Assembly (NCBI RefSeq): GCF_009914755.1
Contig: NC_060926.1
Source of the DNA: the human T2T-CHM13v2.0 reference genome, Homo sapiens
Direction: 5' to 3' (one strand)
Length of the DNA: 64,000 nt
The translations under genes and the position numbers were made by a program. Numbering within the stretch: position 1 is the stretch's first letter; each line of letters begins with the position of its first letter. The notes under the pieces were generated by a model. That model made no database searches and was not told the origin of the DNA. It saw only the letters and a list, made by a program, of their open reading frames with translations. Positions 27,072 through 42,277 of the stretch are shown in pieces.

Positions 27072-27376
27072 TGCTCATCCCCTTGTATTCAGTATGTGTT
27101 GTCATCATCTGTGCTTATTAGTCAGGCACAGTCTAAGGCCCCATTCCAGGCCCACAGCATCAGAATCTGCATTTTAACAAGATCTCTGGTGATTCTTGTG
27201 GACAGTTGAGAAAAACTAGTCTGATAAAAATTGCTTGTTCTCATTTTTATCTGCTCTGGTTGGCCCTGTCTGGTGTTGCCCTTCTGGCCTCTGTAATAAA
27301 TGCACAGGTTTTTCCAACATTGAATCCTTTAATTCTAAAATCACTGAGCTTCAAAATATGATTACTTTATATAGAA

Positions 27377-27578
27377 GGGGATTTCTGCAAAAAAAAAAAA
27401 AAAATACAAGTTAAATCTGAATGTCAGATCAACAATAAATAATATTTTAATGTATATATGTTTCATGTGACATTTGATACTTGGAACATAGTTGTACAAA
27501 TAAATTATTACTTGTTGATGTGAAATCCAAATTTAACTGGGAATTCTGTATTTTTATTTGCTACATCTGGAAATTCTA
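27377..27578. mobile_element. MER53 palindromic MITE
   Basis: AGTTAAATCTGAATGTCAGATCAACAA...TTGTTGATGTGAAATCCAAATTTAACT; ends ATCTGGAAATTCTA. Confidence 0.75.
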
Positions 27579-28044
27579 CATATATATATTAATTATCTCC
27601 TAGGAGAACCAGTAATTTCTGCCAACATCAATATGAATATTTGCTAAAACAGCCCTGTCTTGTTACATAACAATTTTTCCGTTCCTTTGGAAAAAAATGG
27701 AATCTGAAATTCTGATCTCTACTTCTAATAAGCCAGAATCTATATCCCTTTTTATACTTACAAAAGATAAAATCGAGCTTAGCCTTATTATCTTAAATAA
27801 GAACTGACCTAAGAATCAAAATAGTCTGCTATCTGAAGCTAGTAAGAGGGAAGGACAAAAACAAAAATCATTTTTGAGAAGCATTGTCTAACACATAAAA
27901 ATTAGTATCAACTAATTCTCTGCAGTAAGTTAAATTTTTCAGGTGTTGAGGTCACATTTTACAACTAAGTCATTTTGGTTCGTCCATCAGGAGTTCCTAT
28001 GGATGCAAATTTGATACTTTCTGCTGGATTATTTCTTAGAGGTC

Positions 28045-28431
28045 TGATATGGTTAGGCTTTGTCTCCCCAACCCAGATCTCATCTTGAATTGAAATCCCT
28101 ATAATCCCCACAGGTCAAGGAAGGGACCAGGTGGAGGTAATTGAATCATGGGGCAGTTTCCCCCATGCTGTTCTCACTATCACTATCCCATAATAGTGAG
28201 TGAGATCTCACGAGATCTGACGGTTTTATAAGGGGCTCTTCCTCCTTCGTTCCTTTGTTCGGCATTTCTCCTTCCTGTCGCCTTGTGAAGGTCGCCTTTG
28301 CCTTCCACCATGGTTGAAAGTTTCCTGAGGTGTGCCCAGAATGCTGAACTGTGAGTCAACTAAACCTCCCTCCTTTGCAAATACCCAGTCTCAGGTAGTT
28401 ATTTATAGTAGTATGGAAACAGACTAATATA
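28045..28431 (+). mobile_element. THE1D-like MaLR solo LTR, sense to GALNT13
   Basis: TGATATGGTTAGGCTTTGT...CTCACGAGATCTGACGGTTTTATAAG...AGACTAATATA; perfect 5-bp TSD AGGTC. Confidence 0.9.
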
Positions 28432-29089
28432 AGGTCCCTCTGGTCTTGGAGGTTAACTGGTAACACCTGTTCTGACTTATTGTTTTTAAGTTAAAATTGT
28501 CTGCTATGATCCAAGTTGGGGATTTGCAGGTTAACACAGGTTTGGTGACAGAGGGGAACTAATTCACTTCCCTAAAGAAACCTCTTGTTGGTCATCCTTG
28601 GGCCCAACTCTATGTAGATATGAAGTGCACTTTTATTTGGATGGAGTACTCTTTAATTTTAATAATACATTCTGAAGCCTGTCCTGCTTATCTGGTTTCC
28701 AGAACTTACATAAGTGACCTTAATCAACAATATCACATTACTGCAATTTAAACTCTTACACAGGAATACTACTGATACATGCTTTGTATTTTCTACCAAA
28801 AGTCTTACAGAAGACAATTTAAGGGATACACTGCTAACAATGTACTCCTGTACATTTAAAGACAATCATTGGATCAAATTAGAATACCAGAGAGCTGTAA
28901 ATTTGATATTACCTTGGAAGAATCTTCCTTTCTAAATTAGCTTTTTAAGTTTTCCCTTCAAATTTTATCAATTGTCATACAAGATATAATTTCATACATT
29001 TTGATTTTCACTTTATATTTTGTTAACCTCACTCTCCTATTTTATACACTTGTATTTGTTATATTTTTAAAAGGAGCATAGTATATAGC

Positions 29090-30513
<1,424 letters not shown>

Positions 30514-30661
30514 TAGTCAAATTTATCAGTTTTTTACGTGGTTATCAGTGTTTTGTGCTTTGCTTTTGCCAGTTCGGTTTCTCTGGACATCTAGTTTTAC
30601 ACATTTTGGAAACAGAAGACATGGTGAATTTCTTATACTGCAACCCACTTCATATCCCAGC

Positions 30662-31095
30662 AGCTATAGTTGGGATGTTTGTCCCCTCAAACTTCATCTT
30701 GAAATTTGATCCCAGTGTTGGAGGTAGAGCCTAATGGGAGGTGTTTGGGTCATGGGGGTGTATCCCTCATGAATGGATGAAATGTCCTTCCTAGGGGAGG
30801 GGTGTGAGTGAGTTCTCACTCTGTTAGTTCCTGAGAGAGCTGGTTGTTAAAAAAAAGCCCTGGCACCACACCTCTGCCTCTTTCCTTCTTTCTCTCTCTC
30901 CTGTGATCTCTGTGCAGAATGGCTCCCTTTCACCTTCTGCCATGGTTGAAAACAGCCTGAGGCCCTCACCAGAAATAGATTCTGGTGTAATGCCTTCCTA
31001 CAGCCCACAGAACCATGAGCCAAGTAAACCTCTTTTCTTTGTAAATTACCTGGCCTCAGGTATTTCTTTATAAAAATATTAAATAGACTAAGACA
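30662..31095 (+). mobile_element. MST-family MaLR solo LTR, sense
   Basis: GCTATAGTTGGGATGTTTGTCCCCTCAAA..GGAGGTGTTTGGGTCATGGGGG..ATAGACTAAGACA; near-TSD CCAGC/TCAGC. Confidence 0.85.
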
Positions 31096-32407
31096 TCAGC
31101 CAATTAGTTCCCAGTAGAAGTACTATACACACAAGGAAATAATAGCCAAATGGGAAATATCACCTTATGGTAGCCAGGCAGATGATATGCACCCATCCTC
31201 AAAGCAAGGAGACACAATCTCATCTAGGAACCCAGGCTAGTAAATTTTAAAAATGCATTTTAAATACAGAGAGAATGACCAGCACATGTTTTCTAACCAC
31301 AAGGGAGCAGCAAGTGGTGGAGGGGCTAAAGCCTCTATTCCTGATTGTCGAGTCCAGGAAATCCATTCGTTAGTATAACACCCTCAATGAATGTTTGGGA
31401 ACTGAGACCAGTCAAATTTGCAGTGCCTTCTTCCACAGCCAGGGAACGAGAGAACCACAAAGGCAATGAAACGAATATAAGTGTTCTCATGTTCCTTTAC
31501 CTGTTGGCCAAAGCTAAATATGGTAAGACAGACAGATAGTAATCACCTTGCTCCCTAATTTATATACAGCTGATTTCTGTTTTCTCTCTTAACTGACGAG
31601 GCTGTGTGGTTAACTAAGAGAAGCTTCTCTGATTCCCAGCTTGATAATGCTCCTCCCCTGCTCCTTCTGATTATCCAGGGACCAGTGATTTGGCCATTCA
31701 GCACTTGCTTCCAGAAATCTCTGAAACAGATCTTAATAGGATATTAACATTTCACTCAGACCACGCTACACCATGGATCAAAAATTCATAGTTCTAAACC
31801 CAAGTTTACAGTGGGTTCCATTATGCTGTCTAATATAGTGAACCTGAAACTGCACCAGTTCAAATAACAAAATGAATAATGTTCTAAATTTAAACAACAT
31901 AACCCTTCCTCACATTAATAAGTTTCTACTGACTGTTCTAAAATTCCCTTTGATATCATGTAAATTCAAAGGAATTGTAGTACAACTTAATTTTCATTCA
32001 CAATTTATGATTTCCCTAGTCTCAGCTGGAAGAGTGATAAGGACAAAAGATATAGGAGTAAACTTGAAGTAATTAATATGCCTGGACACTGTTTTGTATG
32101 TTTATAAACATTATGAGGACTTTAAAACTTACAGCTCATTATACATATTCCCTTTATAATATCCCCTTTAAAATATTGTGCCATATTATTAAAATGCTAT
32201 GCAAAATAAAAATTTAATCAAGGCAGTGGCTATACATGAGATAAAAGTAATACAAGCTTTAGAGAAGGGGGAAATATGTGGCAACAAGCTGAAAAGATTA
32301 TCGTCTGAAATAATCTCCACTAAAAAAAATCTATTCAGTAACTACATTTTTTTTTAACTGTTCCCCTATGTCTATTAAAAGCACTCTTCATTGCAAGTAA
32401 CAAGCTG

Positions 32408-32658
32408 CCTGGTTTGGAGTGTGGTAGAATTATAGCTCACTGCAACCTCCAACTCCTGAGCTCAAGCCATCTTCCCACCTCAGCCTCTCCAGTAGCTGGC
32501 ATCACAGGTATATGCCACCATGCCCACACAATTTTTTTTTTAAAAATGTAGAGACTGGGTCTCGCCATGTTGCTCAGGCTGGTCTCAAACTCTTAGCCAC
32601 AAGTTCTACCTTAGCCTTTCAAAGTGCTAGGATGACAGGTGTGAGGCACTGTGCCTGT
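32408..32658 (-). mobile_element. AluJ-like, partial, antisense
   Basis: ATAGCTCACTGCAACCTCCAACTCCTGAGCTCAAGCCATCTTCCCACCTCAGCC (J-type diagnostics). Confidence 0.85.
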
Positions 32659-35600
32659 CATGAAATTTTCATGAAAATAAATTTCTGGGGAGTTAGTTCA
32701 GAAGAAGGTAAAGCTATCTAATTTTGACAAGGTAATGTTAATATACTATTTTATGTAGTTTTGATATGTGAGTTTATTAATAACCAGGATACATTACATG
32801 TGGGCATCTGTCTCAGAGTAGTGAGTACTAATTTTAAATGACTTTTTAAACTTTTTTTTTTCTTCACAACCCCATATATCTAGCTCTTGGAATAAGCTGA
32901 TAGCCACTTCTTGCTACAGAAATAGAAAACTGTAAATGTGTTATTTGTGAAAGACACAAGAGCTCTGGAAGCAAATGCCCAAGGCAGTCTTTATTAAGGA
33001 ATAAATTCATTTGACTGGTTTGAATAATTTGAATAGCAATGTGCTGTCTCCACGTGATCTATTTCAGGCTTTAATGCTGTTGTACTGGGTTGAATAATTT
33101 ACAGAAAACATTTGAAGCTATTAGCTCTGGCATTCAAAATACCATGCTTCTCATACATGGATAGCAATCCAGACACACTTAGCCTCTGTATCTTTATATA
33201 CCCTTATGACCTTGTCTTTTATCTCAAAAAAGTAAAAAGGAAAAACTGGAGGAGAAAAGAATTGAGGTTGTCCTTGAGTACATGTGTTTTATAAGAGACA
33301 GAGAGACTGTGTTTTCTACCTCTGCTGAGCCTAAAAATAACAAACATAAATGCTGACCTTGAGGCCAGAATGTTCAAAGCTTGGTTTTTACAAGAGTTCC
33401 CTAGTTTTGATAAATTCTTGAATCTCAGTGAGTCTCCTCAGCAACATCTGTAAAATGGGAACTGATTCTGCCCCTTGCTATCCCACAAAAAAAAATTGAG
33501 TATCTAACCAGGTAAGATGTTAAAAAGACATGATGGGTGGTCTATAAAGCCCTCCTGCATGGTTTAAAATGAAATTAAAAAAATAATATTCTTTATGGGA
33601 CCCATTTGTCTACACACTGAATGCTGAAACCACAAGTTGAGGAACCTCTTTATAAGACACCTACCTCTTCTAGTTTTTCACCCAGCAACAAATCTCTCCA
33701 GAACATGAATCTGTCTTCCGGCTATGTGAGCTGGTTGCCCTGTTTACAAACTTGCCAGTAGCTGTGGCCAGTGCCTCCTCTTTCCCAGAGAAATGTTACT
33801 GATTGAGCAAAGTTATGAAATGATATTTAACTCAATCCTAAAGGCAAATGCTGAAAAGCCATCAGTTTTCTTATGTGATAAAAGCAAATGAATGAAGAAT
33901 AAGAAATCTATCTTCTCATGTACATATTTTCACTACTTTCAGTTATCTGAATGTTTTGTCGTAGAAACACAAAAAACCCATAGGTGTATGCCTCTTGGAA
34001 GCTTCCCTACACATCATATCTCCTTTTCCTAATTTTTCCTAAGTAGAATTAATCACTTCATTCTCAGTGTTTCTGGAGAATGCTTCTGTAGAGTTACCTT
34101 GGTTTTCAAATGTCACATGGCTTTAGAATGACCTTTTGATGAGCCTACCTTCCCCCCAATTAAGGAATGATTTCTAGGAGCCCCATCTTTTTCTTTCTGT
34201 ATTGCCAGGACCTCCTTAGCCCTGCACCTGTGACTCAGTAGAGCCTAAGGACACCTAGAGGTTAGAAAATAAATACAAGAATTTTCAGTGATTATCACTG
34301 ATATTGGAGTTATAGTTGTATTCGAAACTATATATAAATGTATACATATATGTAAAAAATACATAAATGTTTTTCTAAGTAGAGACATGTTTTATAAAAG
34401 AAATATGAATTATTAAAATAGTTAAATATTTTATTGATTATACAAAGTGATTCTGTAGCCAGAGATTCTAGTCCTGCGTTAAAGAACATGTATAACTCTT
34501 TTATCTAGAAAGCTTTATTCTTTGAAAGTAGGAAACTCAATTACATTATTGGGTTTGAAATAATGATGTTTCTCATTCGCCATTTGTTGAACAAAATAAT
34601 TGATGAAAGCAAAAACAAATTGCACATCTTCAATTGTGTAAAACATTTTCAATGACTTGTCTTTCCCCTATTTTATATTAATTTTTAATTCACTTGAAAT
34701 AGCAATGAATTCTTTATACCTGTTTATAAAAATGGTGAAAATGTTTCAAAATATCAGTTGGGCAATGACTAATAGCAATTATAAATGCACAGCTCTTGCT
34801 ATTGTAAAGGGAGTTGGCAGCTTATCCCTCCTCCTAGACAAATTAAAATGATGACTATTTCTCCCTGTTAAGAGAAAATGTAGTAGTTCTACTAAATCTG
34901 CAAGTGGCAGCTCGTGCTTCATTTGAGACTAGGCTTTTGTTTTTAACAAATGAAAATAATCCAGTGTCTTTGCTTGGATACTAATCGTGGAAGATAATGT
35001 CAAACTGGCCTATTTCTACAATTGTCGTAACTTGCAAAGCTTCACAGACAGCTGAGTTCATTATGTTGAAGTTGTCAATCACACAGGCAGTCGTTTATAT
35101 TCCTTTTGAACTCTGTTATGTTACCTCATGGATGACTTTTTTTCTCTTCTCTTTTATATGATGTTAAAACATTCCATTCTATCTCCTTTACAATTGACAT
35201 TCTAGAAAATACCCATAAGATTTTCTTTGCCTTAACAGAGAAATACAATACTTTGTTCATTCAACTAATGTTAGAGATATGATTCCTTAGGCTAATCTCA
35301 AACTTTTGAAATCCCATTTTACTATTACATTGAGAATTTCTTTCTACCTGCCTTATTAAAAACTATAGGATGCAATAGCATTCGACACCCTGTAAATTCA
35401 TTATAAATTCACATAGCATTCACCAAGATAACTCATTTATATCTATGAAATCAATAGACAGCCTTTAAACTAAACTGGAACTGAAAGTATTATCAATACT
35501 ACAGAAATTTTTAAGCTGTAAATATGATGGAGAGAGCAATGTTGAATAGCTGATGTGGGTTTTTAGTTCTGATCATCTAACCTCCACTACATCAAAACAG

Positions 35601-38600
35601 TTTTGTGGGGTCCCCATTTCAGACAAAGGCAGTAACCACTTATTTGCTTGCATCAGAAAACTTGCCATCATTCTTCTCAGTTACAAACTTTCTAGCAATC
35701 ACTACAGTTTGTTGTTTCTAACGCCAGAATATTCCTGGACTTTGTGTATATCTCTCCGTTCTCACTACATAGGTTTGGGCAATCAACATTGATACTTGGT
35801 TTATTATAATACACCTTGCATCCTCCAATCTTCTCTCCACTCCAATTCCTTTTCCATGTAACAGCCAGAGTGATTCATTTTCCACCTGTTTCCTTAATTC
35901 ACACCCAGTTGCCCTTTGAGATAAATTTCAGGCTGCTGCTTAACTCTTCCAGTGATATTAAATTTCTCATTTTTGGTTCCTAGACAGCATCATACTCTTA
36001 ATTCTCTGCAGGGACAAACTGTGATCCTTCTGGCAGAAAAACTACATTTTCCCACTAGTCTTCTTTTACCCTAGCTAACTTATGCTCAGCATAAAAGTCT
36101 CTTCACTCAGAAAAACTATTATGAGCTCCTACAAGTATTTTCAGAAGACTTCCTATATGTTCTCTTGTACATTTTCATTCTACACCCTACTTTTCAACTG
36201 CATCCTAATTGTTTATTTACTTGTCTTTATTTACTTCTATGTGGTAGCATTAAAGAAGATTTGGGGTATAATATTTTCTTCAACTGTTGAAGAAAAAAAA
36301 GACGAGTCACGATTTGACAGCAAAAGGCATTATTAATATACATTTCATCATAACTCGAATTTATTGACAAATGAGCAGAACTATCTAATTTTCTTCCAGC
36401 TCAGGACTTTCAACTCCTTAGCCCTATCCAAGTATCTAAAATAATGTCATTATTACAAAGGCATTGCAGTTCTTTTATATTGTTCCAAATGTGTTTTCTC
36501 CCCTTTTCAGGGGGTGGGGAATTTTCTGCTTTCTGGACAAATAAAATCCACTTTTCTCTCACAATCAAGTTTCCTGTTGTATAGGTGAGTTATTACACTG
36601 CCAAAACACCAAGGATATTAAATACAATAGACTCCTGGGACCCTTCTCTGTAATGGCCCTTTGTTGTTCTTCTAGGTAGAGGAAAAAACAACGTATATAC
36701 ATTGAACATTTTTTGTTAGAAGTTATATTTATGCTTCATTAATTATAACGCGTAATATTATAGGGATTAATCAAAATTATTTATCCAAACCCTCATTACT
36801 AGGATTCTCGGTTATGTAAATCTGTTATAAACAGCATAACAATGAATATTTTTAAAGTAAATGTTTGCCCATTCTTAACATGTAAATTACTAGAAGTTAA
36901 ACTGCTGGAATAAGTAACAAATATAACCAAAAGAAGCAAGTTTCCTCTTGATTTGGCAACTTTATCTCTTATATTTCCACTAAGTCTAAATTTATGTATT
37001 TTTTTTAGTGTTTACACCTTAGGTATTTACTTGGTACTTTGTTAGAAATCTTTTAGGAATTCAAAGGTGACTAATATATAAAAATGCATATACCTATTAG
37101 GATTAGTGACAAATACAGAATACCAAAAGACTGAATCCACGTGAATTGTGGATTAGAGAAATAATCCAGTGTCATCCACATATAAAATTTCCTAGCACAC
37201 CTACAAGTCTAGTTGATTAAATAAGCTCCTTGCTTTGTTTGGGATTAAAAGAACAGACTGTGTGGGGCAATCCAAATGGTTAATGGTAGAGATATTTTAA
37301 ATAATCATTGCAGTTTATGAAGACCAGAGCCACAGACTGTCTGGTCTTTTGAAAGTGGTCCTAGCCTAACCTACTCAGTGATCATCAGGAATACCACAGG
37401 CCTTTCCCAATCCAGAGAATTAGAAACCATGCCCATCAGTGAGGACTACTGCATTCACGTCAGAGATATTCTTGGCTTCCAGCTCATTCATGAGACCACA
37501 GGGGCCAATTTAAATTTCAAATCATCAATAGGGCTCATTTCATTTAGAATCTCCTATGAAGCATGGAAAGAAATGCAAAGTTACTGTGTTGGCAAAGCAT
37601 TTTATTTAAAGTATGGTTATATTTAAATAATCCTTTTATAATTTAATTTTGAATTCAGAAATCCTGGAAAATGTCCATTAAGCAAATAATAAAACCACAG
37701 GTCTTTTTTACTATAATTATAAAATTAGTTTCACAAAGGTCAAATTTATTTTCTTAGTAAAAGCCCTTTGTAGTAATAGTAATTATAACTTGGAATTTGA
37801 TTGTGGTTGTTTAAAGTTTTAATGTCCTAATGCTTATTAAGGAAATCTACAGTGAAATTACTACTAGTTAACTTAGCACTCTCTCTGCAGTGGGACTTCT
37901 TGACTACAAGGTCCTTTTGGTACACAACTGGGTAAACCACTGAGATAAGAATCCTAATTTGTTCAGAATATTAGACTTTTTTCTGGTTCAATTTTTTGAA
38001 TAATATCTAAGCAGAAGTTATTATAATCAGAGTAACTTTTCAAATATACCATCTCCAATTATTAATATAATTTTTAAATTGTTAAATTATTTCTCTATAA
38101 AAAAATATACATGTATGCCTGTTAAAATAGGCCTGATATGGCTGGCAGTTTCTGGTAAAGTGCCAGGCCCCACATAACAGGTATTCCAAGTTAGAGGCAA
38201 GGTTTAAATTGAAATGCTTAGTTAATAATTTGTAAAATGGAATATAGTGATGCAGGCTCATGTTAGTTCAATATGAAGAGACATTGTAATACCACACCAA
38301 GTAAACTTAAAATGTGGTCTTACTGATTACAGAGTAATATATGTTCACTGTAGAAACCTTTCTAAAAAGTACTTATGAATGATAATTGCTTTATTGGTAA
38401 ATTATGATGAGGAAGGAACAGGATTAAGTGAAGCTTTTAGCTATATTTCAAATATTTTATTTTTTAAAAAGACAGAAAACTCTGAAGCTAATATGTTAAA
38501 ATAATTGACTTTGTTACATCTAGATCATGGGTATATAGTTTAATTTCTCCATTTTTGAAATGTTTTAAAATTTAAAATAAAATATTTTAAAACCCATAAG

Positions 38601-38767
38601 CATACCACATAGTGATAATTATTAACATTTTAGTGCTTAGCATTTCAGCTTTTGTTGTATGAATATTTAAATGTACATTTTGTTATAAATATGGAATTAT
38701 AATTGTTAAATATTTTTGAGCAATGTATTTTACATTTTTCCATAGGCCATATACAGTAAATATTAAT

Positions 38768-39214
38768 TGCCCAAGTCAAAATAAAAATATAAACACAAAT
38801 CTAAATTTAACATTCTTTTGGGAAGAAAGAATTGCAATTTTATGCATACATAAAGACCAGGTGGTCTTTATGTCTGAAGAACAAGAGAAAATTGGGGGTA
38901 TTATAAAAAAGAATGTTGTCGGTGGTTGGAGAGAAAGCTCATTTATATTAGTAAAGCTTTGGGGAACTGGCAAGCTTAACTGGTGGGTGATGGCAGCAAG
39001 CAAAATTAGTTCCTAGACTTGCAGCAAGTTATCTCAGTAGTTATAGATAAAACTGGTCTCAGGTTATAACAGGCAGTTTCAGCAGCCAGACTTGCAGAGA
39101 ATTTCTTTTCTAGAGCAATGCTGTGTGCCCTGAGTACCTTGTCCCCCTGGCCTCTAGACTCTGATTTAGTTGAGTATGATAAAAATAATCCAATTTGCAT
39201 GATCAACTTTCACA
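38768..39214 (-). mobile_element. ERV1 solo LTR (LTR37-like)
   Basis: TG...CA termini (TGCCCAAGTCAAAATAAAAA...ATCAACTTTCACA); perfect 4-bp TSD TAAT; subfamily name uncertain. Confidence 0.65.
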
Positions 39215-39509
39215 TAATATATTTTTAACAGCACACTATTCCATTAGGCATTTTAGCTAGCTTTTTAAAAGTAGAAGCTGAGTTAATTCCTGCAATATTG
39301 GTTTAAGTATTACCAAAGTGTTCTACAGTGTTTGTACCAAATTAAATACAGAATAACCAATTTAAAATCTTAGTCAACTTTATAGGTGAAAAGTCTTTCA
39401 TTGTTTTTTTTCCCTACTTTTTTTTCCAATATGTGGAGTTGTTTCATTGCCAGCGTTTTGAATAGAAACACTTTCATTGAGGAATTATGTTTTAAGGCTA
39501 CCTAAGATT

Positions 39510-40013
39510 TGTTTCAATTAGGGATGGCCAGATAGGCAGACATGGAAATTACTATCTTGAAGGAGGAGTTTTACTGTACTCACAGATTCCTGGAAACAGG
39601 AGGCATGACACACCATGCAGGGCCACATGAGGCAGCCCCAGGGTCAGTCAGGAGGCAGAGGGAGGTGGTAAAATGTGGGCAAGAGCCCCTATTGTGGTTT
39701 CCATGAGAAGAAATGAGCAATGACCAGGTTTAGGATCAGCTAGTTTGAATAATTTCCGTAGGCATAAGGACAGTTCCTAGTTGTCTGGTACCAGGGCCTG
39801 GGAAATTTAGGTCTGGTGGATAATGGCCTGGAATTTGAGAGCCCTATAGAGAAGGGTAGTTAAGGTGTGGGCTCTGTCATGGTTGCTTTGCATTTGAAAG
39901 GCAGGCTCCCTCATGAGTTGTCTACTATATCTAGGAATTGACTAACAAGGGTCTGCAGGGCCTTATACCTCAAATTATCAGAACATAGAAAATAGAAAAA
40001 CATGGTTAATGCA
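39510..40013 (-). mobile_element. MER74-like ERVL LTR
   Basis: Minus strand begins TGCATTAACCATGTTTTT; internal CAGGTTTAGGATCAGCTAGTTTGAATAATTTC and CCTAGTTGTCTGGTACC. Confidence 0.7.
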
Positions 40014-41311
40014 AATTGGTTTTAAATATGATATTTCTAAATCCTGAGCAGAGGTGCATAATGCACTTTGGAGAAAAGAAATTAGACCAAAGACAATACG
40101 GTTGTAAAAATTCTTTATTAACTCATTAGGCAAATGTTTACCAAGCATCTACTACATATTAGGCATTCAATCATGGGCAAAATCAGATCCGCATCCTGCT
40201 CTTACACTCTGAATTTCATTTTCAAATACATTATACTGGTGTGGATTTCTCATAGTTTCTATTAAAATATTTCAAAACCAAGAGTAACTAATATGCAGTT
40301 GGTATATCTATCATTATCTTCTGTCTTCTACATAGGATGGTTTCTCCAGACTTTCAGGTTTCCCTTAGTCTTAACTGTAATAATACTGTTGTATCATTGG
40401 TTGTTTCTAATTTGGAGGAACTTTGGATAAGTAACAAATTTTTCTTTCAGTGACTCAAAAAAATAGTGGGTGTACTTTAGGTTAGAATTAACCCTGTGAT
40501 GTGCTTTAGTACTTGCCACCCTCTGTTAATAAGAACTGTGTTGGCCAAATGTGATATTTGAAGTATACTCGTTATTTGGAAGGAAATTGCTGGAATTTTA
40601 AAATGTAGTTCTTATAGAGACATGTTTGATTGGAAATAATTAAATGAACATAAGGAATAGCATTTGCTGTGAAGTTTTACAAAGAGTTTTAATATTGAAT
40701 TGTGCTCAGTTCACACACGGAAATGGGTGTCTACTTTAGTGACAATGGATAGTAAATGATTAGGTTTTTTTCAGTTATTTAAATTCTGATTTCCAAGGAA
40801 TCATTTGAACAGCTTTTAGTAGTAAAAAACTTTATTTTGATAATCAATTTTGGTTCCTGAGCTTTCTCTCTCTGTATATGACAGATTTTCTCAAATTGAT
40901 GGCTTATTTTGCAGTGAGTGGCTGGAAAGGATTTTATGTTCAAACTGCTAGAGGTTTATCAGCAGGTGAAATATACTGTCAGTTGCAATGCATGTTTTGT
41001 AAATATATATTTTATGTTTTCTACCACAGAGGTATTTTGCAGGTGTATTAGGTCATATTACACAAACTGATTTTTAAAAATGTCTATTCTAATTCTGTCT
41101 TCAAAATGGTAGAATGGAAAGAATCACAATGTTGTATATGGCTTTCAAATAATAGACTCTGACATTTCCTAAGACAGCCAGGCATAGTATTATTTCCATT
41201 GGCTGTGCAGATCTCTATTGCTCCAACTCTCTAACTTGGTCAAAATATGTTTCCCTCATTCTTTATGTTCTACTTGCATCTTCCTTAATCCTCTTTTCTC
41301 ATCCTTCTTCA

Positions 41312-41449
41312 TTTATTTACTTATTTACCTTTTAGAGACAAGATCTCACTATGTTACGCAGAGGGCCTAGGACTCTTGAGCTCAAATGATCATCCCACTT
41401 CAGCCTTTCCTGTAGCTGGGAACTACAGGTGCATGCCACTGTGCCTGGC
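41312..41449 (-). mobile_element. FLAM-type Alu monomer, antisense
   Basis: (TTTA)n tail, GAGACAAGATCTCACTATGTT...CTGTGCCTGGCC. Confidence 0.8.
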
Positions 41450-41949
41450 CCTCCTCATTGATAAAACATACATATATTCTCCAAATGCAATGCAGGAAAA
41501 TTGTTTGGCTCTTAATGTCACTTCACACTGAGTTTTCTTGATGATGACTTCAATTTAATAAAATGTTTTTTTGATTCATTTCTTTATTATTCCGTGTGTT
41601 GCCTGATATAATATATTGCTGTTGATGGTAAAAAGGAATTTTTCTAAGTCTCTTCTTCCTTTTCTTCCATAGCTGAAGAAAAATCATTATACCATCATCC
41701 TAAATTTAGATTCAGAACTAGTCCCACATTAAATTCATATGACAAAGTCCATGGGACAAAAATAAATATGTAAATGTAATTGAGTTATTGCCTAACCTAA
41801 AAAGATTAGTGTAAAAATACATAGTATCCTCCCTTGGTAATGATCTAATATTGAACAACTAATAGTTTACCAAATATCCTTAACACGTTTATAAGATTTT
41901 ATCCTTCCAATAATAGTTAAGTTAGGCAGTCACAGATATCTTTGTTCTT

Positions 41950-42035
41950 TGTGTGTATGAGTGTGTGTGTGTGTGTGTGTGCCAGTGCGCTGCGCACGCC
42001 TGTATGTGTGTGTAGTATGTGCATGTATGTGTACA
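41950..42035. repeat. (TG)n microsatellite, imperfect
   Basis: gtgtgtatgagtgtgtgtgtgtgtgtgtgtgcc...tgtatgtgtgtgtagtatgtg. Confidence 0.85.
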
Positions 42036-42277
42036 TTTATGCATATATTCATATATAATACATAGATATTTTATTCATAAAGATAAAATTTCAAGTCATA
42101 GACTTTTGAACTGACCCAAGAAGGCACACATATAAAGTAACATATCAAGGGCTAGAACTCAACATTTGTGTATCTTGATTTAAAGTCTGCACTAGCTTTT
42201 TTTCCTTTCTAATAAAATATACAGGCATGTACAAAGGAAAAAAATAAAGATCACCCACAATGCCTGTATGAAAAGGT

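Noticed and set aside
31100-31860. Possible ERV-internal remnant after the MST LTR
   Set aside because: No gag/pol motif could be read in any frame
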